Counted from the first letter of the stretch, positions 13,938-28,392 are shown. The stretch is 64,000 bases of DNA from Eledone cirrhosa (GCA_964016885.1 OZ024748.1:30566001-30630000), one strand, 5' to 3'. A program made the numbers and translations. The notes: generated from the letters alone by a model not told the origin.

Positions 13938-14431
13938 CTACTATTTTTTAAGGCAATGCAAGCAACAACTATCTAATAATTAAAATATCATAGTGAATTA
14001 CTGACAAGTGATTGACATTTTAAAGTTCTTTTGAGTATAATTGCAATCTAGTTGAGGCAACTGGCTTAATGACAAAGCTAGTAAATCATGAATGCATTTG
14101 AGATGATTAGTGCATAATAGTGAATTGGTGAAACTTGTGCATTTCAATGGTGTTACGGATAAAAACTGATAGTGCTGTCTACGACCTTTATATAGGATTG
14201 TCATGTTTCTCTGTATCTGCAATGTGGGTATACAAAATAAGAATTATGATATTAACTTTTATTTAAAATCCCCAAAAATGCTGTGCATGAAAACTTCAAA
14301 AAGTAATTCTATTTCTATTGATTCTATTGATGACCTCTTAGTTGCTCATACTAATTTTGTAAAAAATTTCAAGCTAATAATCAGAATGATCTGGTATAAT
14401 TTTTATGCAGATAAATGACTAATTAGTATAA

Positions 14432-14497
14432 AGGGCCATCCAGATATCATGTGGACACCGCGAACCAAAAATGGTCACATGATATCTGGATGGCTCC
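14432..14497. mobile_element. Tiny PIF/Harbinger-like MITE
   Basis: GGGCCATCCAGATATCATGTG / CACATGATATCTGGATGGCTCC inverted ends with TAA flanks. Confidence 0.55.
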
Positions 14498-14918
14498 TAA
14501 GCATCCCCTCCACATGGCGGGGACATGGGTCATCATTGTGGAGCACTCACCTATTTTTAAAATATTAGACTATGATAAATGAATTTAGTTAAAAATACAA
14601 TTTGAAATATATTAGATTACCTCCCCTTGTAATTACCTCGTAATTACCTCCCCTAGCGTCACGCTTACTACTCACTTGAACACAAGATTTATCAGCAAAC
14701 TTTGATTATAAACTTTTTCCCGCTGGACCAAATTTCTAGATTTTTAAGCCAAAAGATGCGTAATGATCTACTGTTCATGCTCATATAAGTTTTATCTCAG
14801 TTAAATAAAGTAGAGCCGCGCTGTACTGTCGTAAACAGACGATTGCCAATGAAAACACGACCACAACAATATTACTAAACGGACTACCGTCCGTTTAGGA
14901 TATGTTTATATATATATA

Positions 14919-14956
<38 letters not shown>

Positions 14957-14995
14957 TATATATATATATATGTTTATATATATATATGTTTATAT

Positions 14996-15202
14996 AATTA
15001 AGTTAAAAATGTACATCCACATATGTATACTGAAATACTCTAAAAACCGGTTTGTCTGTGTGTTTACATACAGAATAGCTGAACACTCACAGTAAAGTGT
15101 CCAGTGAAAAACTCGGTACATCTACATATGTACACGTGTGTGTATTCATATGCATACTAGTATTTCAGTATACATATGTGGATGTACAATTTTAATTTAA
15201 TT
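14996..15202. repeat. 45-bp inverted repeat
   Basis: aattaagttaaaaatgtacatccacatatgtatactgaaatact at 14996-15039 is inverted at 15159-15202. Confidence 0.7.
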
Positions 15203-15381
15203 GTTTAAGCGTCAGTCATACAAAAGTGAGTTACAAACGAAACGAAATTTAATTTCGTTTCGTTATTTGTTTTTATGTTTATATATATATATGTTTATAT
15301 ATATATATATATGTTTATATATATATATGTTTATATATATATGTTTATATTTATATGTTTATATATATATATATATATGTT

Positions 15382-15412
<31 letters not shown>

Positions 15413-15536
15413 GTTTATATATATATATGTTTATATATATATATGTTTATATATATATATGTATATGTATATATATATGTATATATATATATATATATAT
15501 GTATATACATATGTATATATATACATACATATATAT

Positions 15537-15602
<66 letters not shown>

Positions 15603-15603
<1 letters not shown>

Positions 15604-18600
15604 CCACCACCCTCCACTATCACCCCACTGCACAAACTCCCATTGCTGCCATTAACAAACAAACAAATTAACAACACACCAAAACATTTAAAACCATCCA
15701 CTCTCGCCTCTACATTTTTGCTTAACGCCCAAGGCATCAGCCCTTCCACCAATACTCAAAAATGGAAGATCAAATTCCTGGAGGACTGGATTGATGTCCA
15801 TCCAAACCACATCCCTTTCTTCGTCCTCACTGAAACCCATCTCAGTAACCTCCACTTGGAAGCCGAGGTGAAAGTGAAAAATTTCAAAGCCATCCGTGCT
15901 GATCGCGCTGGCAGAAAAAAGGGCGGAACTGCCATTTATGTCCATAATTCTTTCTCAACAGAGGCTATGAACATATTCACTAATGGATACTGTGAAGCAG
16001 TCACTGTATTCAGTCAAACCAACAACCTATTAGTAATTGGGCTCTATAGGCCACCCCAAACGCCTGTACCATGCTTCAAGGAATGCCTCAACAGCATAAA
16101 GTGTTTCATCCAAGAGTGTCACCCTGACAACATCTTAATGATGGGGGACTTCAACCTCCCCGGAGTTGACTGGTCCACAAACAGCCTGCCACCAGGTTCT
16201 TCTGCCTCAACCTCTGACAGGGAAGCTGTGGAATCGCTTCTTGACTTCATGGATGATTTCTTCCTATCCCAACTGGTGCTCGAACCAACGAGGTGCCACA
16301 AAAACGTCCTAGACTTAATTTTCAGCAATCACACTGACAATATCCACAATATTGCAGTGGAGAAAACTCTACTCTCTGATCATGACATGGTTCTCTGTGA
16401 TCTGAGATTCCACCGTCCAATATACAAACCCAATGTCATCTCTCCTGTCCATCCGTTTGACGCTATGGATTTCCACAATGCAAACTGGGAAGCGATCAGT
16501 CATGATCTTGCACATGTCGACTGGTCCTTCACGCACACTCATACACCCACTAACATCAAAAAGTCCTGGCAGACATTTGTGGACACTGTTACAAACATAT
16601 GTGCTAAACACACCCCATTAAGAACTATAAACAAATCTAAGAGCAGAATCCCTAGAAATAGAAAAACGCTCATCAGAAAAATTAAGAGAACGAACAAAAA
16701 AATCAACAAGCTGAAATACTGTCAGCAGCAACACATCAACTTGACTGCCATTTCATCACTAGAGATTAAAAAACATAACCTCCAAAACAACATAATGTCC
16801 CTCATCAACAATCAGAGAAGAGCTGAAGAGGCCTGGGCCATTGAGAAGATCAAACTCAATCCCAAAGTGTTCTTTTCATTTGCAAAAAAACACAAAATCA
16901 CTGGCTCTACTGTTGGCCCTCTAATTGATGAAAATGGCACTCTTCAAGACAATGCTAAAACCATGGGTGAGATACTGCAGAAACAATACTGCTCTGTTTT
17001 CAGCAATCCTGATATGGCCGATCTGGGCTGTATCGACGATGTTACTCCCCATTACACCTTATCGGACATAACGTTAGGCGCCCCTGATGTCTTGGCGGCA
17101 ATAAAGGAAATCAAGCATAATTCAGCAGTAGGTCCCGATAGGTTCCCTGCTTGTGTCTTGAAGGCGTGTCAACACCAACTTGCATCTCCTCTTGCCAATC
17201 TGTGGCGGAACTCACTGGATGCTGGATATGTGCCAGAAAACCTTCTATCCCAGTCTGTCGTCCCAGTTTTCAAAAAGGGAAACAAATCCCTTGCCGTGAA
17301 TTACCGTCCAATCTCACTCACCTCTCATATCATTAAGGTATTTGAGCGAGTGGTGAGATCGCGAATGACCCACTTCCTTGAGAGTAACAATATGCTGAAC
17401 TCCAACCAGCATGGATTCCGTAATGGAAGGGATTGCCTGACGCAGCTACTGCATCACTTTGATGACATTTTGAGAGCCTTGGGAGAGGGTTCCAACACTG
17501 ATGTTATCTACCTTGATTTCAGCAAGGCCTTTGACAGGGTTGATCATAACATTCTACTGAGAAAGCTGTCCAATATTGGTGTCACTGGAAAGCTGCTGCA
17601 GTGGATCAAGAGCTTCCTGTCAAACAGAACCCAACATGTTGTAGTTGAGGGAGTCAAATCAAGCCCAGCCAAAGTCAGTAGTGGGGTCCCACAAGGCACT
17701 GTGTTGGGCCCACTTCTCTTCATCATCTATATTAATGACATCACTGACATCATCAAACACAGCAACATTAAAATTTTCGCTGATGATTCCAAGCTCCAAA
17801 AGGTCATCAATGGCGTGGATGACCGGATAAGCCTTCAGTCAGACCTACTGGCTGTTACCCAATGGGCAGAAAAGAACAACATGTTACTGAACGAAGACAA
17901 ATTCGAACTGATCCACTTTGGAAAAGAGGATGCTCTGAAACTCCCGTACTCCCTTCCCTCCGGGGAAACTCTCGTGGCATCTAACAACATCAGAGACTTG
18001 GGAGTAACCGTGGACAGCAACATAAGCTGGACCACGCATATAAGCAGCAAAGTTGACATGGCCCGCAGAATGTGTTCCTGGATCCTCAGAACCTTCCAGT
18101 CGAGAGATTCCCGCACCATTATCCTTCTCTTCTCTACTTTCGCTCGACCACACCTTGAATACTGTTGTCCACTGTGGTCTCCCCACACGAAACAAAGTAT
18201 CATGAAACTTGAAGCTCCTCAAAGGGCAATCACGAAAAAGATAGATGGCATGTCAGACCTTCACTACTGGGGTCGATTAGAAAACCTGAAACTTTACTCA
18301 CTCCAACGTCGCCGTGAGCGTTATATTATCTGCATGATGTGGAAAATGTTCCATCATCACTGCCCAAATGATGTTGGCATCGCCTTCAAGATACACCCAA
18401 GGCTTGGGCCCCGTGCTATCCGTCCCATTCAAAAATCTAAATCGCAACTCATAACAACAATACGGCACAATTATTTCACCTCAATCGGCCCTGCTCTCTT
18501 CAACATCACACCAGGACACGTCAAAACAGAAACTGACCACACAAAATTCAAGAAGTCTTTGGACAAATTCCTCCAAGTAATCCCGGACAAACCACCCACA

Positions 18601-18642
18601 CCCGGATATGTCTCCGAATGGGCCATGGTGCCCAAATCCTGA
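15603..18642 (+). CDS. CR1-group LINE ORF2: APE endonuclease plus reverse transcriptase, uninterrupted
   Basis: APE motifs LLNAQG, LTETHL, GLYRPP, MGDFNLP, LDLIF, SDH; RT motifs [34 protein letters not shown]; C-terminal [11 protein letters not shown]. The YI-rich start of the 15355 ORF is microsatellite. Confidence 0.92.
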
Positions 18643-18730
18643 ATTGAAAGACTTCGCCAGGTGGTGCTATTAAGTTAGACATGGCCTGGGCCAATACTGG
18701 CCAAAACATTTCAAAGTTATTCAAAGTTAT
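15603..18730 (+). mobile_element. CR1-group LINE, truncated just upstream of ORF2, inserted in (TA)n
   Basis: ORF2, a short 3' UTR and a (ttcaaagtta)2 tail; (TA)n on both sides; no ORF1 present. Confidence 0.88.
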
Positions 18731-18740
18731 ATATATATAT

Positions 18741-18773
<33 letters not shown>

Positions 18774-18775
18774 TA

Positions 18776-19000
<225 letters not shown>

Positions 19001-19027
19001 GTGTATGTATATATATATATGTGTATG

Positions 19028-19061
<34 letters not shown>

Positions 19062-19134
19062 ATATATATATATGTATATATATATATTATATATATGTAT
19101 ATATATATATATATATAATATATATATATGTATG

Positions 19135-19168
<34 letters not shown>

Positions 19169-19196
19169 ATATATATATATGTATGTATATATATTA

Positions 19197-20266
19197 TTAT
19201 ACTTGGGGAGGGTCATATTTGCGTAATATTGCCAGAATTAATAACAGAACACACTCACTGTTTGGTTGGTTTTCGCTTCTCGCTGTCTTTTATATCTGCG
19301 ATCTAACTTACTCGGTCCTCAATGTTTCCATTGACTGACCGACAGTCAAAAATAATACAGATACAATATAGACACAAACACATATATATAGTTTACCTAA
19401 TTTACATAAATCTTTCGTTGCACATCTGCAACATCGTCAGTGGTGTTATATTTTTTCCTCCTGTTGTGTTGTATGTCTACGCCATTTTTTATTCAGTCTG
19501 TCTATATATTTATTTATTTATTTGCTTGTTTGTTTATTTTATTTTGTCTTCTTTGCGCATGCGTTTGCGTGTGTGTATAGTGTTATGTGTGCTGTGTGAC
19601 TAGTGTGTATAGTGTTGTGTCTGCTGGGTGACTAGTGTGTGTTTATGTGCTTGTTGTTATTGTGCTTGTGTATGTATTTATTTATCTTATTTTATTTTAT
19701 TTTATTTATTTATTTATTTACTTATTTATACTTCTCTTAGGTCAGTGTTGTTTGTTTGGGTGTTGTTGTTCCACTCATTCTTTCTGTTTAGCTTTGGTCT
19801 TCTAATTTCTATTTCACTGGCCTCTCTGATTTGCCTATCTGCTGGGTCATTCCTATGTTTAGATATTATTCTAATTTCTATGTTGTCTATGTTACCGTCA
19901 TGTTGTTGTCTAGCATGTTCGTATAGTACTGACCCGTTTTTTCGTCCTTTTAGTTCCCCCCAGTGTTGGTCTATCCTTTCACCTATGCTACGAGCTGTCT
20001 CACCTATGTATGTTGTTGTCATGTTTCTGCAAGTACCCTCTGTACATCTTATGCTATAGACTACGTTTCTAGTTTTACAGTTTATCCGGGGGTTCACCTT
20101 ACATATGATACATTTCCTATTGGTACAGTGGGTTTTCTTAAAAGGGTAGGTTTTGCTGATCAGGGATTTTATGGTGGTTCCTGGCTTTTCTACCACCTTT
20201 ATAACAATATCTGTTTCGACACACGATTTCATATAAAAAACCTCGCTAAACTAATTCATCGCCGCT
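19197..20266 (-). mobile_element. Penelope-like element 3' fragment (Cys-rich linker plus GIY-YIG, Neptune-like)
   Basis: ORF 19726-20232: CTNRKCIIC..NCKTRNVVYSIRC..YIGETARSIGERIDQH..REASEI..PKLN. Its 3' end atgaccctccccaagtataa is shared with 53108-53127. Confidence 0.85.
19395..19446 (-). ncRNA. Hammerhead-like motif in a Penelope-like 3' region
   Basis: Minus strand: CTGACGA-t-gttgca-gatg-tgcaac-GAAA; stems I and III are imperfect. Confidence 0.5.
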
Positions 20267-20323
20267 ATGTATATATATATATATATGTATGTATATATGT
20301 ATCTATATATATATATGTATGTA

Positions 20324-20372
<49 letters not shown>

Positions 20373-20410
20373 ATATGTATATATATATATATAATATATA
20401 TATATGTATG

Positions 20411-20448
<38 letters not shown>

Positions 20449-20490
20449 TATGTATGTATATATATATGTATGTATATATATATGTATGTA

Positions 20491-20548
<58 letters not shown>

Positions 20549-20689
20549 ATGTATGTATATATATATATATGTTTATATATATGTATATATATGTATATAT
20601 ATATATATATGTTTATATATAGATGTATGTATATATATATATATGTTTATATATATATGTATATATATGTATATATATATATATATGTT

Positions 20690-20729
<40 letters not shown>

Positions 20730-20745
20730 TATATATATATATGTT

Positions 20746-20828
<83 letters not shown>

Positions 20829-20891
20829 CTATATATATATGTATGTATCTATATATATATATATGTATGTATATATATATATATATGTATG

Positions 20892-23800
20892 TCATCATCA
20901 TCATCATTTTACGTCCGCTTTTCCCTGCTTGCAAGGGTGGGACGGGTCTTATTCAGCACAACATCTCTCCACTCGTCACGGTACTTCGTCATCTCTACCG
21001 TGAGCTTCAATCATCTGAGGTCTGTTCTCACCACCTCCGCCCATGTTTTCCGTGGTCTGCCTCTACCACGTCTTCCTTCAACTGGCATTTCCTGGCACTT
21101 CTTCACCCATTGGTCATCCTCCATGCGTATCACATGTCCATACCACCTCAGTCTCCTCCTCTCTACACTACATTCTATCCCTCTCAGACACAGTTTCTCT
21201 CTCAACACATTTATGCTGGGTCGTTCACGCACATTTACACTGCACATCCACCGGAGCATGCTTGCCTCATTTCTCTCCAGCCGTCGCATATCCTCTGCAG
21301 TTGCTGCCCATGTCTCACTACCATGCAGCATCGCGCTCCTCACACAGGCATCATACAACCGGCCTTTCGTACGCAGGGAGAAACCCTTCTTCGTCAACAG
21401 AGGAAGCAGCTCCCTAAACTTCTTCCAACCCGTCCTTATTCTAGATACTATGGCCTCGGAACACCCTCCTCCTATGCTAATCTGATCTCCTAGGTACCAG
21501 CAGCTCTCCACCACTTCTATAGCGCCGTCCTGCATTTGAAAAATGTGTCTATCAATGCGACTTCTACTGTCTAATTTTCCTGTACATCTACTGCATACAT
21601 ATTTCTCCCTACCTGTTAGTTTGCCTGCTATCCTGCTACATCTCTTGTGTACCCAGGATCTGTATTGTGTGCATTTTATAGAATTTATGCCAGTTCCTTT
21701 TCTGCATATCGAACATGGCCATTTCCCTGACGGAATCAGGGTTTTGTCCTCTTTTCTACTCATCAACACTTTTGTCTTAGCTAGGTTCACTCTCAGTCCT
21801 CTTGCTTCCAACTGCTGTTTCCATAGCCGGAATTTATTCTCTAGTTCCTCTACTGATTCTGCTATAAGAACCAGATCGTCAGCATAGAGAAGTTCCCATG
21901 GACAGCCAGTCTTAAACTCCTCTGTTATGGCTTGGAGGACTATAATGAACAAGAGCGGGCTGAGGACCGAACCTTGATGTACTCCTACTTGTATCTGGAA
22001 TTCCTCACTAAACTCCATTCCTACCCTGACTTTACTGAGAGTACCTCTGTACAAAGTTTGTACTGTCCTCACAAGCCATTCCTCAACACCTAGCTTCATT
22101 AGGGACCACCAGATGACAGATCGGGGTACCCTATCAAAGGCCTTCTCTAGGTCAACAAAGGCTAAGTATAGTGGCTTATTCTTCTCTAAGAACCTCTCTT
22201 GCAATTGTCTCACCAAGAAGAGGGCATCTGTTGTACTCTTCCCAGGCACAAAACCAAACTGCATCTCATCTAGTTTGACCCTTTCTCTAATTAGTTGTGC
22301 TAAAATCCTTTTTGCCACTTTCATAACCTGATCTATCAGTTTTATACCCCTATAATTGCTCCTCTCCAGAGCATCCCCTTTACCTTTGTAGCAATTTATG
22401 AGAATACTGCTGCACCAGTCTTTGGGTATGACACCACCATATATAGCCTGATTGATGATGCGTGCAACCAGTTTAGTGCTTACGTCCCCTCATGCCTTCA
22501 GCATCTCAGCAACTATTCCCGATGGTCCGGCAGCCTTACCATTTTTCATTTCCCTAATCGCCTCTTGGACCCTATATTCGTCAATCTCAATAGCTGGTCC
22601 CTCTGTCGGATCTACCAAGGGTAATTTCTCTCCCATTCGTTCTCCACATTCATCAGTCTCTCATAATGACATTTCCAGGCCTCCTTTTTCTGATCATTCG
22701 TGACACTAAGTACACCGGCATCATCCCGGACACATTTATCTCCAACAACATCCTGATTTGCATTGACACACTGCCTTGCAATGTGGAACACCGCACACCT
22801 CTGATCTTCCCGTCGCAGAACATTGGCAAACCTCCTACTCTCTGCCTCCCTGCGTGCTAAGTACACCTGACGTCTAGCTTCTCTCTTAGTGGCTGTATAT
22901 TCTTCCCTACTCCCACCCATTTTCCAAGCCTTCCATGCTAGTCTTTTGTCTCTAATAGCCTTATCTACTGTGCTGTTCCACCACCAGGTCACTCTCTGTC
23001 TGGTTGGAGCTCTGCTCCAGCCACAAGTTTCATCAGTAGCCTGCAGCAAGTTGTCACGTAAGAAATTCCAGTTATTATCTATGTCATTCGTTTCTAAATC
23101 ATCTTCTTTTTCGTCATATACATCTTGAAGGGCTTTCCTAAATTTGTATTTTAGTGAAAGGTCTTTTAGCTTCCAGACCTTTCTTCTCCACACCTTCCTA
23201 TATGTCTCATTCCATCTCTTGCTTACTGAGATATCACTAACAACTAACCTATGCTGTGGGGTACATTCTTCCCCAGAGTATGCCTTGGTATTAGACACTA
23301 TCTGCCTGTCCCGCTGCCTAACTAGTAAGAAGTCAATCTGGCTTATGTGCTACCCAGATTTGTAGGTTATTAGGTGATTGGCAGGTTTCTGGAAGTTTGT
23401 GTTGCAAATAGTCAATGTACCTGCATCACAAAATTCAAGAAGTCTCACTCCTTCATTTCTTGAACCGTAACCGTGCCCACCATGTACCCCAGTCTAACCA
23501 TCCTGGAGCTGTCCAACATGACCATTGAAGTCTCCTGCTAGCATAACGATGTCTCCGTCCTCTGTCATTGCGGTTGTTTGTAAAAGTTGCTCATAAAAGC
23601 AGTCTTTCTCATCTTTGCCTAGGCCTGCTTGGGGAGCATAGGCCGAGATGATTGTCAGTAGTCTCCTGCCTACAACTAATCTAAGCTTAATTATTCGATT
23701 ACTAACTCAAACTACCTCTATTGTCTTATTGATCCATTTCTCAGCCAGGAAAATGCCTACTCCCCCTAACCCATCATCCTTACCTACCCAGAATAGCTTA

Positions 23801-24165
23801 TAGCTAAGACGTTTGCCTACGACTAGTCTTGCAGAGGCACCTCTCCATCTCACCTCTTGCACGCAGCACACATCCACCTGCCTTCTCTCCAGCATCTCTG
23901 CTATTTCAGCAGATCTACTTCTGAGAGTGCCAACATTAAGTGTTGCAACTCTGAGATGCGATGTCTTCATATTTTGTTGTTGTTCCTATTTGTTGCTGTG
24001 CTGATAAGCATTTTGGCATTGATACACTGGTTGGATGCCCTTCCTAACACCAGCGCCACTTTACAGCATGGACTGGGTGCTTTTATTTGTGCCACCAGCA
24101 CTAGAGAGGATGTCTTACTAGACTCATGGGCCCTCTCTACCCCTCTATTTTACAGCATGGTCATT
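20892..24165 (-). mobile_element. Near full-length RTE LINE (APE, RT, PHD-like finger) with a few stops and frameshifts
   Basis: ATG at 23970: LRVATLNVGTL..CVQEVRW; QHRLVV; AFVDLEKAFDRV; GVHQGSVLSP; YADD; CSIC..C..WVHKRC..CSRC; RRLRWYGH; (TGA)n tail at 20892. Confidence 0.92.
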
Positions 24166-24479
24166 AAAAAAAAAAAAAAAAAAATTGACACGACGCACAC
24201 ACACACACTCACACACCAACACTCATGCATACAAACCACAACCGCACACACGCCACTCACATACCAACACTCATTCATGCATACAAACACACACCACTCA
24301 CAAACACATATATATATATATATTACCGGCAGTACTGATACAAATACAAAATCAAAATCAATATCATGTCAACTGTTGACCTTTCCCAGTCCAGTTCAGC
24401 TTGTATATAATAATAATAATTGTTTGCTTTACGCTGGTAATGGCGGTGGTGGTGGTGAATGGTGGTGGATGGTGTCAGT

Positions 24480-24801
24480 GTGGTCAACACCACCCTTTCT
24501 CTGTAAAGTTATGTTGGTACCACAATATCCAGTCCAAAATAAATGAGGTCGTGTAGGTGTCACGACAAAAAAACTAACAGTCCACGGTGTAATGTGGCCG
24601 TGTAGGTAATACGGTAAAAACGTCCCAGTCCACACTGTAAATGTGGTTGGTGTTAGGAAGGGCATCCAGCTGTAGAAAACCTGCCAGACAGTCCTATATG
24701 AGTGAGACACGATCACCCGACTAATCTTGCCTCAAGTGGGACAATTCCCGTCTAACCCATGCTAGCGTGGAAGATAGATGTTAAATGATGATGATGATGA
24801 T
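24480..24801 (+). mobile_element. RTE 3' UTR fragment (long 3' UTR subfamily)
   Basis: Homologous to the reverse complement of 11014-11320; (GAT)n tail. Confidence 0.75.
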
Positions 24802-25327
24802 ATATATATATATCATCATGTCTATAGAATCACAAGATAAAATATATACCATTTCCTCTCCCAATTAGCATAATTAACTATATAAAAAATCGAATAGACC
24901 AGGCTATAAGAATGAGGCTTCTATGAAGAAATCTCCAACAAATAACCGAAACTAGCCCTTCGCGTCGGCCACAACGGAATATTTATCGAATATTTCGACA
25001 GCGTAATCGTTCAGATACAGTCAACTAAACAGAATTAGTGTAAAATAACCTATGAGAAAATAGAATACATTTAAATACCTCTACCATGGTTTTGTCCGCA
25101 TTTTGAGATTTCCAATAATTATGTAATAATTATGTAACTCGAGCACCAGATTCATCAGGAGATTTGCTCTGATCTAGACACTAAATTTTCCAAAGTGATC
25201 GCGCCAAGAATTCATTCAAAATGGCTAAGAGTCGTGACGTAGTAGCGATCAGGTTGGAAGGGGTGTGGTAGTTGCTTATGGTTAGTGGCAAAACACGTAT
25301 ATGTATATATATGTATATATATGTAAA

Positions 25328-25378
<51 letters not shown>

Positions 25379-25419
25379 CTATATATATGTATATGTGTCT
25401 ATATATATATATATATATA

Positions 25420-26165
25420 TAGAAAGATTTGAATGGATACAGTTTAGTTGAAAGGAATTTATTGACACGTGTTTCTATAACAGTTACATAACCTAAAACA
25501 GCTATCTACAAACTTTTAGTTATGCAGACATTCAATATTTCAATGTTATTGTTTACTGTCATTTCATCAGAATAATATTACTGAGGACCTATTTAGTTTT
25601 TATAGAGAATATTAGGAGGAAGGGGTGAAGTTGTTAGAAGAATAGTTGAAGGAGTGGTTTTTCGATAGCAGTGAGAATTCTTGGTGGCAGTGATTAATTA
25701 GATTCCCATCTGTTGTTTTGACATTTTTTATAGAATATATTATTGGTTATTTTTCTAAATCTATAGAAGGATTAGAGATAGTAAAGATATGCGTGGTTGG
25801 TTTTGTGTTTGCACTTAACATTCAGACTTAAATTTTTCTTTCAAGTGTACGTATTCTTTCACCCACGCATTCACACACAAATATATTTGCACACCTCTAC
25901 AAAATACATATACTCACAATTCACATATTCATACTTACATATATATACACATGCATACACATATATATACACACATGTATTCATGTACATACATACGCGC
26001 TCATGTGTATACATTTTCATACTCAACTTATCTTTATATATACACACGTATAGACACACACATATATACATACATACTCTAGTCCATGTGTACACACATA
26101 CACATACATACACATCCATATACACATACATACATACACATATATATATACATATATACACATAC

Positions 26166-26214
<49 letters not shown>

Positions 26215-26215
26215 C

Positions 26216-26264
<49 letters not shown>

Positions 26265-26960
26265 AGCACTTTAATACATGAATACACTTACATCTAACTA
26301 TACACATCAAACATATATATATATTTACTTATTTATATACATTTTCACATATATATACATACTTATGGACGTTTTTAGACACATTCATTATCGCATATTT
26401 GTACCTATTCTCATCAGCATATCTTTTCATTATTAGTATGGTAATTTAAGGTTATTAATATATGTTGAAAAGAGATTGTTTTTATATTTTTCTAACTAGA
26501 TTAAGGTTTATATAGTTGGGGGATGTCCCTCTTTTATGTAATATTCGGCTTGTAGTGGGAAAAAAGGGTTTTAGTTCTGTGACGGCAGAATAATGTTCGT
26601 TCAATTCTGTTATTCAGCAGTTTCTTCTTGTGTGTGATTATGTAATAAATCTCAAGATTACACAATTTGCAGAAATTTTGGCTCCTGGAAAAGCTTTGGG
26701 TTTTAGCTAATTTTTCCCATTTTAGGGTAAACTTTTGATTGCTATCCCTGAGCGTCCAAGCTTTCTCTGCTAAAGTTGTTACATTTCTTTGGCTCTGGTG
26801 TTTTATTGAGTAAGAATGCCTATACAATCGAGATTTAAACGATGTTGCCGTTGATCCCACGTAATACCACTCGTTGCCTCCGGAACCGTCGAGCAAACTC
26901 TACGTGAGCTGATAATCTACTGTGTGTAATATTTATATTACAACACAACGGAAAAAACTG
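25420..26960 (-). mobile_element. Penelope-like element 3' fragment (Naiad-like GIY-YIG) with 3' region
   Basis: ORF 26534-26896: YYVGSTATSFKSRLYRH..W..CKLCNLE..LLNNR.E..CRH; hammerhead downstream on the same strand. Confidence 0.75.
25456..25578 (-). ncRNA. Type I hammerhead with extended, branched stem II
   Basis: Minus strand: ttatt-CTGATGA-a-atgacagt..(about 70 nt)..actgttat-a-GAAA-cacgtGTC-aataa. Confidence 0.7.
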
Positions 26961-27151
26961 TATATATATATATATATATATATATGTGTCTACTATATAT
27001 ATATATATGATATATATGTATATATTATATATATGTATATATTATGTATATGTATATATTATGTATATGTGTATATTATGTATATATATATATTATAGAT
27101 ATGTATATATTATATATATATGTATATATTATGTATATGTATATATATATA

Positions 27152-28392
27152 TACCACAACACTATCAAACTCTCCTACACCACCACACCCAACTTCGCAC
27201 AAAACATGGCCTTCTCAAACAACAAGAAACTCAACTCCTATGGAAGAAACAACCTAGACATTAGTGGAGAGCCGACCAGGAGGTGTAACTGCCCTGATAG
27301 CTCTACGTGCTCCCTCAACAACAGATGCCGAGAACATAACATGATCTACCAATGCAACGTGAGGATGGAAAACTCCAACAAAGCCTAAATAGGATTAACC
27401 GCTTGTGACTTTAAGACCCGGCTCTACCAACGCCGACATACGTTCAGAAACCCGACCCAGCGACATGCTCCTACACTTTCGGGCCACATCTGGGACCTCC
27501 AAGATAATAACATCACATACTATCTTACTTGGAGCTTACTCCTACACGGGAAGACGCCGTCCGTGTAACTTATGCTCGGAGGAAACAATACAAATGCTGA
27601 TTACGAAGGACCGACTCCTAAACAAAAAAGACGAACTTGTAATCGCATATAAACACCAATTGCGTAGGACTTACCTCGCCCTCAAACCCCCTCATAACCC
27701 GGGTGGGTAGACAATGGCTGTAATATCCTTCTTTTCCCCACTTGCCGAACAAGATAGGGGAAACCCCAGCATACATAGGTAGATGTACTTCTTTTCTTTT
27801 TCCCTTTATCTCTTCTTCTCACTTCCTTCCACTCCCTCTCCTCTCCTCTTTCCTCTTCGTTCACCCTGAGGCAGCCCATCGGGATTTTGTAGCCTCAGTA
27901 CCCCCACCCCAGTAAATTCTATATAGCATTGACCGAAAACGCATTACCTGCTATAAATATAGCAGCTGTTTTATATTCTAGTTTTCTTATTATTTTTTCC
28001 TTATTTAATTTTTTTATATTATTATTATTTTTATTTATTATTTTTTTAATGTTTTAATCTCAATTTATTAACTTTTTAATTTTATAACTTCTCATTCTCA
28101 GATCCCTCCAGAATTCTTTTTTCGCCTGCTTTCTAGCTAGCCTAATTTTTTCCACACTCCTTAGAATTTGCTGTATAGAATTCACTTTCAACGCTTGACC
28201 GGCTCCACCCACTCCCTCAGTTCAGCCACCACCATCTCCCACCCACTGTCATGAAAGATTTGATTGTGTTTACAAGAAATTTTGACCAATCTTACCATAT
28301 AAGGAATTACCCCTTGAAAAGTTCGGCTATTTATTACGATGCTATAAATCTAATTTAGTCCAGAAATAGTAGTCGAAACGCATTTCACTTAT
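27152..28392 (+). mobile_element. Second Naiad-like Penelope fragment, decayed
   Basis: NTIKLSY..PN..CNC..CSLNNRC..IYQC.V..A*IGLTACDFKTR..LSGHIWDL..CNLCSEE..LLNKKDE; degenerate hammerhead remnant near 28335-28385. Confidence 0.75.

Noticed and set aside
14865-14905. Hairpin ctaaacggac-tacc-gtccgtttag as a terminator
   Set aside because: Eukaryotic context; more likely a transposon terminal hairpin, but the other end was not identified.
15355-15602. N-terminal 80 residues of the 1095-aa ORF
   Set aside because: Microsatellite read-through; LINE sequence starts at about 15603.
24970-25165. Further hammerhead candidates (CTGAACGA..GAAA and CTGATGA on the minus strand)
   Set aside because: Core spacing or stems could not be completed by eye; not counted.
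27152-27710. Selenocysteine recoding, reported for some Naiad elements
   Set aside because: The visible stop is TAA at the YIG tyrosine and there are frameshifts; I saw no in-frame TGA at a Cys position.
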